Of a DNA stretch of 64,000 nucleotides, positions 23,337-35,022 are shown one piece after another. Location: positions 1,612,001 to 1,676,000 of the forward strand of contig OZ251223.1 in NCBI GenBank assembly GCA_965240325.2, given 5' to 3'. Below the pieces are notes generated by a model. It was not told the origin of the DNA. It searched no databases and was given only the letters and a program-made list of their open reading frames with translations. The DNA is from Rebecca billardiae RCC1528. Lineage: Eukaryota; Protista; Haptophyta. The stretch's first letter is position 1, and every line of letters starts with the position of its first letter. The position numbers and the translations under genes were made by a program.

Positions 23337-25980
23337 TCAGAGTGGCCTCGGGTCGAGCCCGCACGTGACCTTTGGGTGGCTGGCGTCCCTCCCCTTGGAG
23401 AAGTCGTACGCGCAGTCGGTGAGCCGCTGCTTCGAGTTGGCGTACAGCGGCACCCACTCCTTGGTGAACGTGCGGCCCTGCGCGTCTGTGTGCGGCACAA
23501 TGTCCCAGAACAGGTCGTAGAAGATGTGGCCGTTCAGACGGGGCGACCACGTGCAGCACATCATGCTGGCCCAGTCCGCCGCTTGCTTCATGAAGGCGCT
23601 CTGCGCCGGGAGCACGCGTGCGGCGCGGCCGCGGGCGATGAGCGGCGTGCGCGCGAGGTGCGCGCCCGTTGGTCACGCAGACTGGCTGTGGCCGCCGCCG
23701 CAGCGGCCGCGGCGGCGCAGGCGCAGGCGTGCGCACCTGCTCGTCTGCTGAGAGCATGCGGAAGATGTCCGGGATGTCCGTTACGCCGAGGATGCGCGCC
23801 GAGCCCGCTGAGAGCGCGCCGCCCGGCGCGGGCGTGAGCGCGTCGACCAGCGCGCCGAGGTGCGAGCGCCCCTCCTTCCCCTCCGCCGCGCTGAACGCGC
23901 CGAGCGACACGTGCGCACGCGACGCGTTCACGTCCGCGGGCATGTCCTCATGCTGCACAAACGAGTGCTGGCGCGGCAGCCATTGCTGCTTCTGGTTGAG
24001 CAGCTGCACGTCGAGGATGTGGTCCATCGGGCAGTCTGCGCGCGCGAGCCGCAAGCGGACGGGCCGCGCACGCTCAAGCCCCGCGCGCGCACGCGGCGGC
24101 GCTCGCGGGGCCGCGCTCGCGCGCGCGGCAGCTCGCGCGTGCGCGCGCGCACCCTGTATTGGCTGGTCCATCACAGACGCGGGGATGGTGCCGTTGTGCT
24201 CCGCCCACCACTTGTCGTAGAGGCACAGCATGCGCGGCATGACGAACTGGCGGCGCAGCGCCTGCGCGAGCAGCATCCCCGAGCGCACGTACACGAGCTG
24301 CTCGTGCACCAGCCGCATGTGCTTCTCGACCGTGAACGGCGGGGAGGTCAGGCTCTCGTCGCGGCCGCGCTTGCCCAACCAGCCGCCGTCCGCGAGGTAG
24401 AGAAAGCCGCCGTCGCGCCCGCCCTCGCCCTGCCGGTAGTAGTCGGGCTCGTCGTCCCACAGCCCGAGCGAGCGCAGCCGCACGCGCTTGCCGTGCGCCT
24501 CGTAGAACAGCCAGCACGCGTGGAAGGCGAACGGCCGCTCCGCCTTGTTCCGGTCGCAGTAGCCGGACACAAACGTGAAGCCTGTGCAGAAGAGAGAGCT
24601 GGGCAGCACGCCCGCGACCAGTGTGCCATCAAACGCCAGCCCGAGCTTCTTCTGGCGCGCAGCCGGCGTGAAGGCGGGCGGCAGCGGCAGGCGCGCGTTG
24701 TGCGCCGTCTGGTCGGCGAACCCCGCGCCGTCCTTCCGCGAGCTCATCAGCTGGAAGAAGACGTTCTGGTCCCACTGGAGCGAGCCGCTCACCAGCCGGG
24801 TGACCCACGCGCGCGCGAGCGGCTCGGCGCGCGGCCGCGCAAAGATCACGCCGATGTTCATCGTGTACACGAGGTTGTGCGGCGGGTCGATGCCGCCGTC
24901 GAGCGAGGGGGCGCCGATGTAGTCCGTCGTCACGAGGATGTCCGCCTCGTCGTACCGCGCGAAGAAGGGCAGCGGGTTGCGAATGAGCACGGCGTCTGCA
25001 TCCATGAGCAGCGCGCTCAGGTTGCGGCCCAGCAGGTCGTGCAGCAGCTGGACCTTCTCGATGCCCATCTTCTTGAAGTTGGGCGAGTTCCAGCCGTAGT
25101 CGAGCTGGCCGGGCAGCGGCGCGCGCTTCGCGCCCTCGCCCATCTGGAACGTCGCGACCCCGCGCTTCTGCAGCAGCCCCAGCGCGCTCGGGTCGAGCGC
25201 GCCCACCACCAGGTTGGTCAGCCCGAGCTTCTCACACCGGCGCACCCACGACAGCCCAAAGTCGAAGCGCTGCATGTTGACGAAGGTGGCGATGACGGTG
25301 TTGTTCGGCTTGGGGATCTTGGCGAGCGCGTCGTCGAGCGTGGGCATCGCTCCGCTCGGCTTCGAAGCCGCGCCCGGCTTCTGCCACCACGGGATCCGCA
25401 CCGCGCGCGCGAACGGATCGCGCGTGAAGATGCGCGGTGGCGTGCTCGGCTCGCCGGGCGGCCGCAGCGGCAGCAGCTGCTCGGGGCCGATGCGCAGCGC
25501 CGGCTCGGCGCCGCTCCCGCCGCTCGTCGCCCTGGACCGGGGCTGAGCGCCGCGCGGCTGAGCGGTCGGCGTGGGTGTCGGCGCGGGCGTCGCGAGCACC
25601 GCCGAAAGCGGCAGCTGCAGCAGGTACTCCAGAGATCTGTTGCTCCCGCGCTTCGAGTACCCGAGCTGCCGCAGCCGATCGAGCAAGTGCTCGCGCTGCT
25701 GGCCGATGAGGCGTATCTCGCCCTTTCGCACTTGCGCGACGAACTTCCCTACGCTCTCCATGTCGGGCGGATCCGTGAGGCGCGTGCGTCCAGCCGCGTG
25801 CGCCGCCGCCTCGTCGCCAATCCACGCACTCGCAAACGACGATCGCGACTCCGCCATGTACTTCATGACCATGCGCGCATTGCTGCCCAGCACGCCGACG
25901 ACGACGAGCACGACCAAGCCCATGACCAGCCGCTGTATCCCTGCCGCCTGCCCGCCGCGCGCCGTCGCAAGTGGCGCCAT
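23337..25980 (-). CDS. Nucleotide-diphospho-sugar transferase (GT77), arabinosyltransferase XEG113-like; introns 24036-24152 and 23601-23736
   Basis: Type II TM anchor, LVVGALD, DxD motif LLMDADAVLIRNP, MNIGVIF, WDQNVF, GKRVRLR. After splicing: CPMDH and a C-terminal WxxxxCC...GHIFYDLFWD similar to XEG113. Confidence 0.8.
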
Positions 25981-26054
25981 GGCTTGTGCAGGCGCAAGGG
26001 TGCCCCACGGCCGACGAAGCACAGGCGCTCAGCACATCAACGAGCAGCCGCAAG

Positions 26055-27407
26055 ATGGCGGCCCTCGCCGGCGTGGTCGCCGCGTGCCTTGCGCTTTCTG
26101 GGGGGGTCATCGGTGGGCGCGCCCTGCCGACGCGCGCGCACCCCCGCGTGCACGTGGTCCTGTCGTCGGCTCCTCGCCAGCTCGATCCCGCCGCGCGCTT
26201 AGTGGATGGCAGCGCCGCTGTTCGCCGCGTGCTTGCTTTTCCCGTCGCGTTTGCCGCCGCGTCGAATTGGCTCGCGTGCTGCATCCACGTCGCGGCGGAG
26301 CTGCGCGTGTTCGACGCGCTCGCGTACGGGCCGAGGACTGTCGCTGAGCTCGCCGCCGACGTCGGTGCCGACGTCGACGCGCTGGGCCGCCTGCTGCGCG
26401 CGCTCGGCGGGCAGGGTCCAATCGCGGGCGTGGTCGTCGAGGTCTTCGACACGCGCCTGCCTTTCGAGCCGCCATTCCCGCTGCCTGTACCGCCACCGCC
26501 GCCATTCCTGCGCGGGGGAGACGGCGCCGAGCCCGAGCAGGGCGCCCGCCGCTACGCCCTCACGCCGCTCGGCGCGATGCTGCGCGAGGACGGCGTCGGC
26601 TCGATGCGGCCGTGGGCTCTCTTCAGCGGGCAGGAGCTGGGACGCGCATGGGGCAGCGGCCTGCTGCACGCGGTGCGCACGGGGCGCCCTGCGTTTGGCG
26701 AGAGCCAGGGCGACGTGCCCGCGGGCGCCGCGTCCGAGTTCTTTGCGTACATGGCGAACAACCCCGCTGCCGCCGCGCGCTTCGACGCGAGCATGGCCGC
26801 GGTGAGCACGTACACCGTCGAGACGGGCGGCGCGGCCGAGCTCTATGATTGGTCGCGAGCGGGGCGCGCGCGCACAATTGTGGACGTCGGCGGCGGCACG
26901 GGGACGCTGCTCGCGGCCATTCTGGAGAAGCACACTCGGCTGCGTGGCACGCTCTTCGACCAGTCACACGTGCTCGAGGGCGCGCCTGCCGTGCTGCGCG
27001 CGGCGGCACCGGGAGTGACCGAGCGCGTCGAGCTGGCCGCCGGCAGCTTCTTTGACGAGCGCGCTCTGCCCACGAGCGCGGACGTGTACGTGCTCAAGAA
27101 CATCGTGCACGACTGGCCGGACGACGAGGCCGTGCGCATCCTGCGCGCGGTCGCGCGCGCCATGCGGCCCGACTCGGTCGCCGTCTGCCTCGACATTGTC
27201 CGCTCCGACAGGCTCGGGCACGAGCCTTGGCGCCTCGACTTTGCCGACTACTTCGACCTCAACATGCTCGTCACGGTGGGTGGCAAGGAGCGAAGCCGCG
27301 CGGAGTGGGAGGCGCTCGCACGCCGCGCGGGGCTGCGCGTCGCAGGAGTCACGCCTGGTCGCGACGGTGGTGTCGCAGCCATTGAGTGCCGCCGACCAGC
27401 ACCGTAG
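26055..27407 (+). CDS. SAM-dependent O-methyltransferase (Methyltransf_2 with dimerisation domain)
   Basis: AAELRVFDAL, YALTPLG, IVDVGGGTG (motif I), AGSFF, DVYVLKNIVHDWPD, DLNMLV..GGKER. Confidence 0.92.
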   Translation: MAALAGVVAACLALSGGVIGGRALPTRAHPRVHVVLSSAPRQLDPAARLVDGSAAVRRVLAFPVAFAAASNWLACCIHVAAELRVFDALAYGPRTVAELAADVGADVDALGRLLRALGGQGPIAGVVVEVFDTRLPFEPPFPLPVPPPPPFLRGGDGAEPEQGARRYALTPLGAMLREDGVGSMRPWALFSGQELGRAWGSGLLHAVRTGRPAFGESQGDVPAGAASEFFAYMANNPAAAARFDASMAAVSTYTVETGGAAELYDWSRAGRARTIVDVGGGTGTLLAAILEKHTRLRGTLFDQSHVLEGAPAVLRAAAPGVTERVELAAGSFFDERALPTSADVYVLKNIVHDWPDDEAVRILRAVARAMRPDSVAVCLDIVRSDRLGHEPWRLDFADYFDLNMLVTVGGKERSRAEWEALARRAGLRVAGVTPGRDGGVAAIECRRPAP

Positions 27408-27507
27408 GACGCCGGTCGTTGTAACTCTGAGTCCAAGCACTAAGCAGACTACTCGTAATACGCCATCTAGTGATCTACTGTTTATCGCTCGCCCTGAGTC
27501 GTCGTGA

Positions 27508-27527
27508 TCTCTCTCTCTCTCTCTCTC

Positions 27528-27595
<68 letters not shown>
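27508..27595. repeat. (CT)n microsatellite
   Basis: Directly visible, one interruption. Confidence 0.95.
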
Positions 27596-27597
<2 letters not shown>

Positions 27598-28367
27598 AAT
27601 GATACTAGTGATCGCGAGCGCGCGCTGTCCGAGCGCGCGCAAGCTTCAGCGAGCCGTCCGGCTCCGATGCCGCTGCGCCTGCGATCGAGTGCGACTCGGC
27701 GGTGAAACTTATAATTCATATATTTCATCTGCGCGCGCCATCACCGTATACTTATTGTGCACTTATATTGTTAAATCGCGTCGTTAAGTATACTGTCTCC
27801 GAGCGCGGGGCGGCCGCTTCAGCTGCAATGGCCGCCTCCGGATCAGGATGAGGTGCGGCAACGCGCCCCTCACCTGCCTGCGCCGGTCTGTTTTGTGGCG
27901 GTGTCTTTTAGTGCAGTGTTGGATGGCGTCAATCACGCCTTAAACAAGTGTGCACGTTAAAACATCATAGTAAACTGTAGTCACTTTAATAACTGGTTAC
28001 TCTGCGCGCTGTAAGTGACCACGAGTCCGGTGCGGACCATTAAGCGCATCACTGAACATCATCACCGTGATGCCTGATGGCGATACTGCTCTCATACTCG
28101 TCACTCTTAATGGCGGAGCCCTGCCGCGTGTCATGAAAGTTTTAGTTAGTTAGATAGAGAGAGAGACAGAGATGTTCGAAAGCTATTATTTATATATAAT
28201 TCAATTTCATCTCAAGCAGTCCGCGTAGCTACTGTAAGTGTAGTTCAGCGTGACACTCCGAGACCGAGCTTGTGACTCGGACACGGCCACGGGACAGCTG
28301 TCAGCTCCGCTGCTCCGCAGTGAACTGCATGAAGGCTGGGAATGAAGACTGATCGCGTCATCACAAT

Positions 28368-28895
28368 TCACATGTTGATGGATTGGGGGTTCGTGAGCAT
28401 CTGGTTCACGCGCGACATCGACTGCACAAGAGCATGGGCAAGCTGCGGATTTTTCACGAGCAGCTCGTGCGCGTTCTGCGGCTGCTGCCCGACGTAGTTG
28501 CGTGCGCTAATGAGCAGGTCGACGTGCTGCTCAGGCGTCATGCCTTGAACGACGGACGCTATTTGCTCCTGCGTGAGCTGCTCGCTGGTCGCCGCGGCCG
28601 TCGAAGCCGCTGCGGCCGTTGCTCGTGTACTGCTCCGATCGCCATGTCCCTGGCCGTCCGCAATGTTGATGCGGAGCTGTCGGCCCTTGAACGGCAGGTC
28701 CTCCAGGTTGCGCACGGCCGACAGGGCAGTCTCGTGGTCCCTGTACTCGCAGAAGCCGAACCCCTTGGGTTTACCAGTCTCCTTGTCGGATACCAAGCGC
28801 AAGCTCACCACCGGGCCGGCTTGCGAGAAGTGTGCAATCAGCTCCTCCTCGCTCGCATCGTAGGGCAGGTTGCCCAGAAAGACGGTCGACGCCAT
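28368..28895 (-). CDS. CSTF2: Cleavage stimulation factor 64 kDa subunit / Rna15 homologue (RRM + hinge)
   Basis: [12 protein letters not shown]...[29 protein letters not shown] and hinge [13 protein letters not shown]. Confidence 0.88.
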   Translation of the reverse strand: MASTVFLGNLPYDASEEELIAHFSQAGPVVSLRLVSDKETGKPKGFGFCEYRDHETALSAVRNLEDLPFKGRQLRINIADGQGHGDRSSTRATAAAASTAAATSEQLTQEQIASVVQGMTPEQHVDLLISARNYVGQQPQNAHELLVKNPQLAHALVQSMSRVNQMLTNPQSINM

Positions 28896-29077
28896 GCTGC
28901 GCAGTGCTTGCGCACGTCGAGCGGGTCGTTTTACATGCTGTTTTTCTTTTTTCTTTTTGCACCCCCGCCATCGCCGTCGGCCTCCGAAAGCGCGAGCGCG
29001 TGGCCGCGTGGCCGCAGTGCTCACGGCGCCTCATCGAATCGGGTAGGACTGGGAGCGCGCCGCAGCTGCAGGGCAGC

Positions 29078-29509
29078 ATGCTGCCTCTGGTAAACGTGGC
29101 GTTGCTCGGGCTAGCGGTGGGGCGGTCGACACATGTCTCTCTCACGCACACCGCGTTCCGCATTGCCGGCGCAAGGCGCTTGGCGATGCGGACAGGCGAC
29201 AACGATGCTGCGAACAATCCGGGATTTAGCAACCCTTTGCCGCCACCGACGGGCAAGCGGGTGGACGAGATTGTCGACTTCCCGACAATGCTCCGCTTCA
29301 AGATTGTCGGTGTCAACGATGAGACCTTCGTCTCCGATATGGAAGCGCTATGTGGAAAGGAGACGGGCAGGCCGGTGACAGCGACGAAGATGCGTGATAA
29401 TGGCAAGTACCGCTCCATCACGATGGATCTGGTCATCGACTCGGCAGCGCATTTCTACTCGCTGTACTCTGCTGTGGGGAAGGATGCGCGCGTGAAGTTC
29501 ATGATCTAG
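29078..29509 (+). CDS. DUF493/YbeD-like protein, probably plastid-targeted
   Basis: Signal plus transit-like N-terminus; IVDFPT.LRFKIVG...GKYRSIT...Y......RVKFMI fits DUF493. Confidence 0.8.
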   Translation: MLPLVNVALLGLAVGRSTHVSLTHTAFRIAGARRLAMRTGDNDAANNPGFSNPLPPPTGKRVDEIVDFPTMLRFKIVGVNDETFVSDMEALCGKETGRPVTATKMRDNGKYRSITMDLVIDSAAHFYSLYSAVGKDARVKFMI

Positions 29510-29932
29510 TTCTTTGCCGTTGGGTTAGATGCTGCGGCGCCTTGGCGGCCCGACTAGTTCACCGGGTCGATTGTCGCTGCTCACTGGCCACTCGAGCAGG
29601 GCATCGGGCCATCATCGGGATCATCGCGATCTCATCGCCGGCGCTCTACGCCCCCTGACTGACCCAGTTGTCCCGCTTCCGCAATGCGAATGACTGAATC
29701 GGAGCAGACAACGCATCTCCGCCCCGACTCCGGCTGGCACTGCTGCCGTGAGTGCGTGAGGCGTGACCGGCTGACTCATGAGGTGATCTGCTAAGGCCTG
29801 ATCACCGATGCCGACTCAGGCCCGATGCCGCCGAGGGTTGTAACCAACGACGGTGCGGCCTACTCTGAAGCCTTAGTACGTACGTTACACAATTCACTAT
29901 TCTGTATTCAGCATGACGGAGACTTATGATAT

Positions 29933-31601
29933 CACCACAACGATTGCCGGGTGGGCGGGTGGGCAGTTTTCGTGAATTCTCAAACGAAAGAACGAGTACC
30001 CACATAGACACACGAACTTAACAGCCGTGCAAAACGCACGCAGATGCCCGTTCTTCGGCAAAGAAAGGGGAGCCGAGCGGTACAAGCCGGCCGCCGCGCA
30101 TGTCTTCGTGCCCACTGTCGCATGCCGTCTGGATCGTCCTTACTCATACAACCCTGCGGGGAGCCCCTCTGGGCCTCGCCCAATCCGGGCCTGGCTCGGC
30201 TTGACGACCGGAAAACCTCCAGGCAGCCGGACCCTGGCTGCCAGCCCGCCCTCATGAGGGCTACCGGTGAGTTATACCCGCATAACCGAGCGGTTATACA
30301 ACCAACCACAAGTGATGAAAGTACGTCGTTGCGCAGGCGGCGGCGCGGGATCGCGCGGGCCCGCGGCGAATTGGAAACACCGAAAGACGGGCAGAGGCCG
30401 CGAAGGCGGCCAAAAGTTGGGTTGTGGGCGATTGCGGGGCGAGCGGTCTTGCGACCGCTAACGTCGCATCGCACGGGGCGCGTGCGGCCGTGCAGCTGGG
30501 AAGTGGTCTGGAGCGCCATCAGAGACGTGAACTAAGAGTAGCCAGCGTCGCTCGCTGCTACCTTGCCGCCTCTGGTCAGTGCGCGCGCCCACGCTGCCAA
30601 TCGGCGAGCAGCGGGCGCCGCCGATCGTGCTGCAGCCGTGTGAATGAGTGACACTGGACAGTCAACGAGGAGTGAGCGAGGGCTGCTGACGGTGTATAGC
30701 CCTACTCAGTTGCGCGCCATGCGGCCTCGAACGTCTGCGCAAGAGCTACAGCACGAGCCGTCGTAGCTTTTCAAAGCGTTCCGACTGGCGCAAGTCCATC
30801 CGTGGCCGAGCTCTCACGAGGAGCTGTAGGTGAGCGGGTTGCGAATACTGCCCTGAGCGCATCCCATGCGCACATCCTGCAACCAGCAATGCCGCATGAG
30901 CATGCAGACGTTTGAGGCATTATCCATCTGTGTCGCCGTCGCGTCGCGGGTGCGGCGGTTCCGCTGAAGGCTGTATGGCGCAGGCGGCCTCCTGGACGTG
31001 CGTGCTTGGACTGGTGGCGTACTTGTCGTGACTACGGGGGACAGCACATCGCGATTACATGTGTACATAGCCACGCCGAGCTGCACAGCGCGCCGCGCGT
31101 CAGCCCAGCAGTGCACCACGCTCTCATCTTGCGGCCCGCCGCCACACTGCAGGCCGCCGCTTTCCCGCGAGAGGCCAAGACTGTACCCAAGCGACGCTGG
31201 GTGACGGGGGGCACGGCGCAGTGGGACGCAACCAATCAATCTGAGGCTGGCATGCCGCCTACACGGGCACGTCGGCAGCTACACCAGCGCGCACCGCGCA
31301 GGGCAGTGCCGCCCCCCCTCGCTCGTGAGGCTACCGCCGTGCGCCTGCCAGCCGCCCACCTTCGAGCCCCCCCGAAGCTCGGGGCTCGCGGTTTGCCCTG
31401 GCTTCGCGCAGTGGAGCGGGCAAAGCTTTGAGCCAGCTTGGAACTCCTAATCAAAGCGCTTGGCGGGAGCCTGAAAGAATTAACGTACTCCGATTACTTG
31501 GGGTACCCCAAGTAAGTTACTGGCTTAGAGTTCGGGTCTGAAATCCCGTTGTCGATTCTCACGAAAATTGCCTCCCTTCCCACCCGGCAATCGTTGTGGT
31601 G
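29933..31601. mobile_element. Non-autonomous DNA transposon with about 40-bp TIRs and ATAT target-site duplication
   Basis: ATAT|CACCACAACGATTGCCGGGTGGG...CAGTTTTCGTGA at 29933 and TCACGAAAATTG...CCCACCCGGCAATCGTTGTGGTG|ATAT ending at 31601. No intact internal ORF. Confidence 0.85.
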
Positions 31602-31897
31602 ATATATAGTATATATATATATGTTGAGCTGACGAGGCCAGGGGCGCGCATCTCAGCAGATGGCGTCGCCGGCGGTGAGTCAGGGCCGGTGCTGCAGCAG
31701 GCAGACCGGCGGCGCAGCTGCTGCAGAGCAGCAGTGCGGATGAACTGGCACAGTCTGGGGCACGCATCTCAGCAGATGGCGTTGCCGCTGGGGTGTCAGG
31801 GCTGGCGCCGCATCAGGCGGGCCGGCGGCAGCAGCTGCTGCGGAGCAGTGGCTGGCAGCGCGCGCGTCCAGGACGCGCGCGGCAGCAGACGCGCGAG

Positions 31898-32150
31898 CGC
31901 GGAGCAGCGCGGGCGCAGCGGCGCGGGCGCGGAGCAGCGCGGGCGCAGCGGCGCGGGAGCGCGGAGCAGCGCGGGGCGCGCGGAGCAGCGCGGAGCGCGC
32001 GGAGCAGCGCGGAGCAGCGCGGAGCAGCGCGGAGCAGCGCGGAGCGCGCGGAGCAGCGCGGAGCAGCGCGGAGCAGCGCGGAGCAGCGCGGAGCAGCGCG
32101 GAGCAGCGCGGAGCAGCGCGGAGCAGCGCGGAGCAGCGCGGAGCAGCGCG
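31898..32150. repeat. Minisatellite, 10-bp unit GCGGAGCAGC
   Basis: Degenerate at the 5' side and perfect from about 32048 to 32150. Confidence 0.92.
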
Positions 32151-32516
32151 GGCGTCATGCTGGTACACTGGATTTGTCCAAGGAAAGCAGGTGAGCAGCA
32201 CCGGACATGGACGAGAAGCAGTGGTACAAAGTTGAGCGGCAACAGGACGGACGGTGCGATCGCCGATTGGCTGATCGCGGCAAAATCTGGGTAAGTCGGC
32301 ACGGCGATGATACTACCGCCCCGAGCCCAGGAGCGATCGGAGCTCGATCGCTGTTTTGGCCCGGCGCAAGAGCGCCGGAAATAAGGGCCAGGTTCAGAGG
32401 CTTGAGAGCTGATGAGATCGCGAGGCATGTGATCCTCGCGGTGGCGTCCGTCCTGTCGTGCGCGGTGAGCTTTTAGCAGGGCTCGAGACGCTCGGAGCTT
32501 GCGGTAATCCCAATAA

Positions 32517-32529
32517 TATATATACATAT

Positions 32530-32569
<40 letters not shown>
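32517..32569. repeat. (TA)n/(TACA)n microsatellite
   Basis: Directly visible. Confidence 0.9.
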
Positions 32570-34505
32570 GCTGGCATCATCAGCCATTCTCGGCCTCGGC
32601 GGGCTCGGCTTGGCGTCATCGTAACGCCGGCCGCACCAGCGGCCCGGCCCGGGTCGGTCACGGGTTGGCGCCGCGTCGGCGCCGTCGGCGCCGCGGCCGT
32701 CGGCGGATCCGATCATCGCCCGGGATCCGGGGGGCGCGCGGTGCCGTCGGCCTCGCGATCGCGCGCTCAGGTGCGCGCGCGCTGCCGCCGCTGCCCCGCC
32801 TGCCCGTGCGCATGCTGAGATGCTCGAGAGACTCTAGGCGGCGCCGCGCCGGCGCGCGGCCTTCGGGCGGCGGCCGCCCGTGCCATTATTGTCATTATTG
32901 ATATGCGCATCAGTCTAATCGCCGCAGCGCGCCGGCGCCGCCGCCAGGCCCAGCGCGACTCAGTGACTCCGCGAGCAGGTTAGGTACTGTACCGTCCTAA
33001 GATGAGTATTTTCGTGTTTTATGAACGAATTTACTAGCTAATAGCTTTCGGGACAAAGTCGAATATGTTGTATATATAAGTATTATGACCAGCTGAGTGC
33101 TGATCAGATTCAGCAGAGAGTGACTCAGAGACTGAGAGAGGGCACTCACGGACAGTGTAGACTGTAGTCCGGAACCAAGCCTTAGCAGCCCTCACGCCGG
33201 CGCCGCCCTCGGCCCGCTCGGGCTCGCCGCTCCGCGCTCGGCGACGCCGGCGGGGCTCGGGCCCTGAACTCGTAACAGAACTGAAAGTGACTGCTCCTGG
33301 GCATTACTCTCCGGCCTGACTCTGACTGAGTCTCAGTCTGAGGGCGAGGCTGAGCCTTCTGCCCGTGAGTTCTGGCCTTGGACTAGCTAGTCTACTACTA
33401 GTCACTTGAGACGGGCGGGCTGCTTACGAACGAGAGTGCTCGGCGCGGCATGACGTCGACGAGTTACCAGTGACAGTCAGCTACAGTACGCTACGTCAAT
33501 AGTAGCTTACAGTCAGGCCTTAGAAGTTCATCGTCACAGTCTTTCTGTTATTAACTAAGTTCTCTTTGCGTCCCGGTTTCGACAGCCAATATTAGATGAG
33601 TCGTTTGAATAATAATAATCAATCAGGTTGAATTCTAATAATATATATATGTGTCCTCGCCCACTCCTCCTGCATGAAGAGCGACGCGACGCCATTGAGT
33701 ATGGACGAACATCACCCACAGTCTGCGTGATGTGCATGCGAGGGCAGGTATTGCAGCACATATGTGAGCATCATCACTGCATCATGCAGCAAATGCCGAT
33801 ACACACCATGCCGAAATGGTGATGTATAAATATATACTTGCGCGTGGTGGGGATTTGTCCCTGGCTGAACGGGAAGAGCGACTGAGCCGACGCGGTGCCA
33901 AAGCTGCGCGCAGACTGCGCCAGCGTGTGGCAGCAAGGTCCCGTTTGTGAGCAGGAGAGCAGGCTGCAAGCGCAGCACTCACAGGCCTCAGCCTGTGACG
34001 ACAAGGTTGTCAACCACAACGGAGGCTGCAGGGGCGGAAGTGGCGGGTTTCGCAACGAGCACAAGCAAAGAACGCAGAGGAGATGGCGGGACCTCGGGCT
34101 TTGCAGATGCGCAGGCAAGCAGGGGCTGCCGAGAGATGAGCAGCTCGGCCCGAAAGGTCGTGTAACCGATATGATCGAGCGAGCTCTGCTAGGTGGGCTG
34201 CTTGATATGAACTTTGGTAAGTTGCCACGCCGACTTAAGATGACCTTGGATATGATCTCGAGCGCCGGATAGTGGAGAGGAGCGGGTACTTACAGAGGAG
34301 CCAGTGTGGTTGGCCGATATGAAAGGACCGCAGCGCCCGCCATGATGATGATATAAAGGATAGCTCAGTGGCCGATGAGCTCCGGAAATCGACTGCAACT
34401 ACCTGCAGGACCTATAGAAGACGATGGCGGCCCTTGGCCTTGTCCACCAGCTGCGCGTTGCCTTTCCAGCCTCCCGACACACTCGGTTATAACTCCGTTA
34501 TAACG

Positions 34506-34702
<197 letters not shown>

Positions 34703-35022
34703 CTGATATTAACTCATAATTATTAAGTGACAATAAATCACATATTGACACATTTAGTGACATTCGGTGATTACTGATTCTTTGAACAGCGTCGCAGAAT
34801 CGAGCACCTATTACAGGTGTAGCGCTGCGGCTGCCCTCAACTCAAGCTGAAGCCGTGCGGATCATGCTGAATGTCATGTGCAGCAGAGTGCTGAGTGTCA
34901 CGGTGGCCCAGACGCGAATCGCCCGAATCGGCCGCACCGTCCCGGAAGCGCCGCAGCAATGGTGAACACTAGACTCCGTCGGCACTCTGAATGCCCATCG
35001 AGAAGCTCATGCGCTCGAGCGC

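Noticed and set aside
11614-27407. MFS + transcription factor + P450 + GT + OMT as a biosynthetic gene cluster
   Set aside because: No scaffold enzyme (PKS, NRPS or terpene synthase), and unrelated genes are interspersed. Co-expression data would be needed.
33660-34500. Lower-GC island with short ORF fragments (HICEHHHC, ERALLGGLLDMNFGK)
   Set aside because: Fragmented, with no recognisable motif or termini. Possibly a decayed TE or pseudogene but unsupported.
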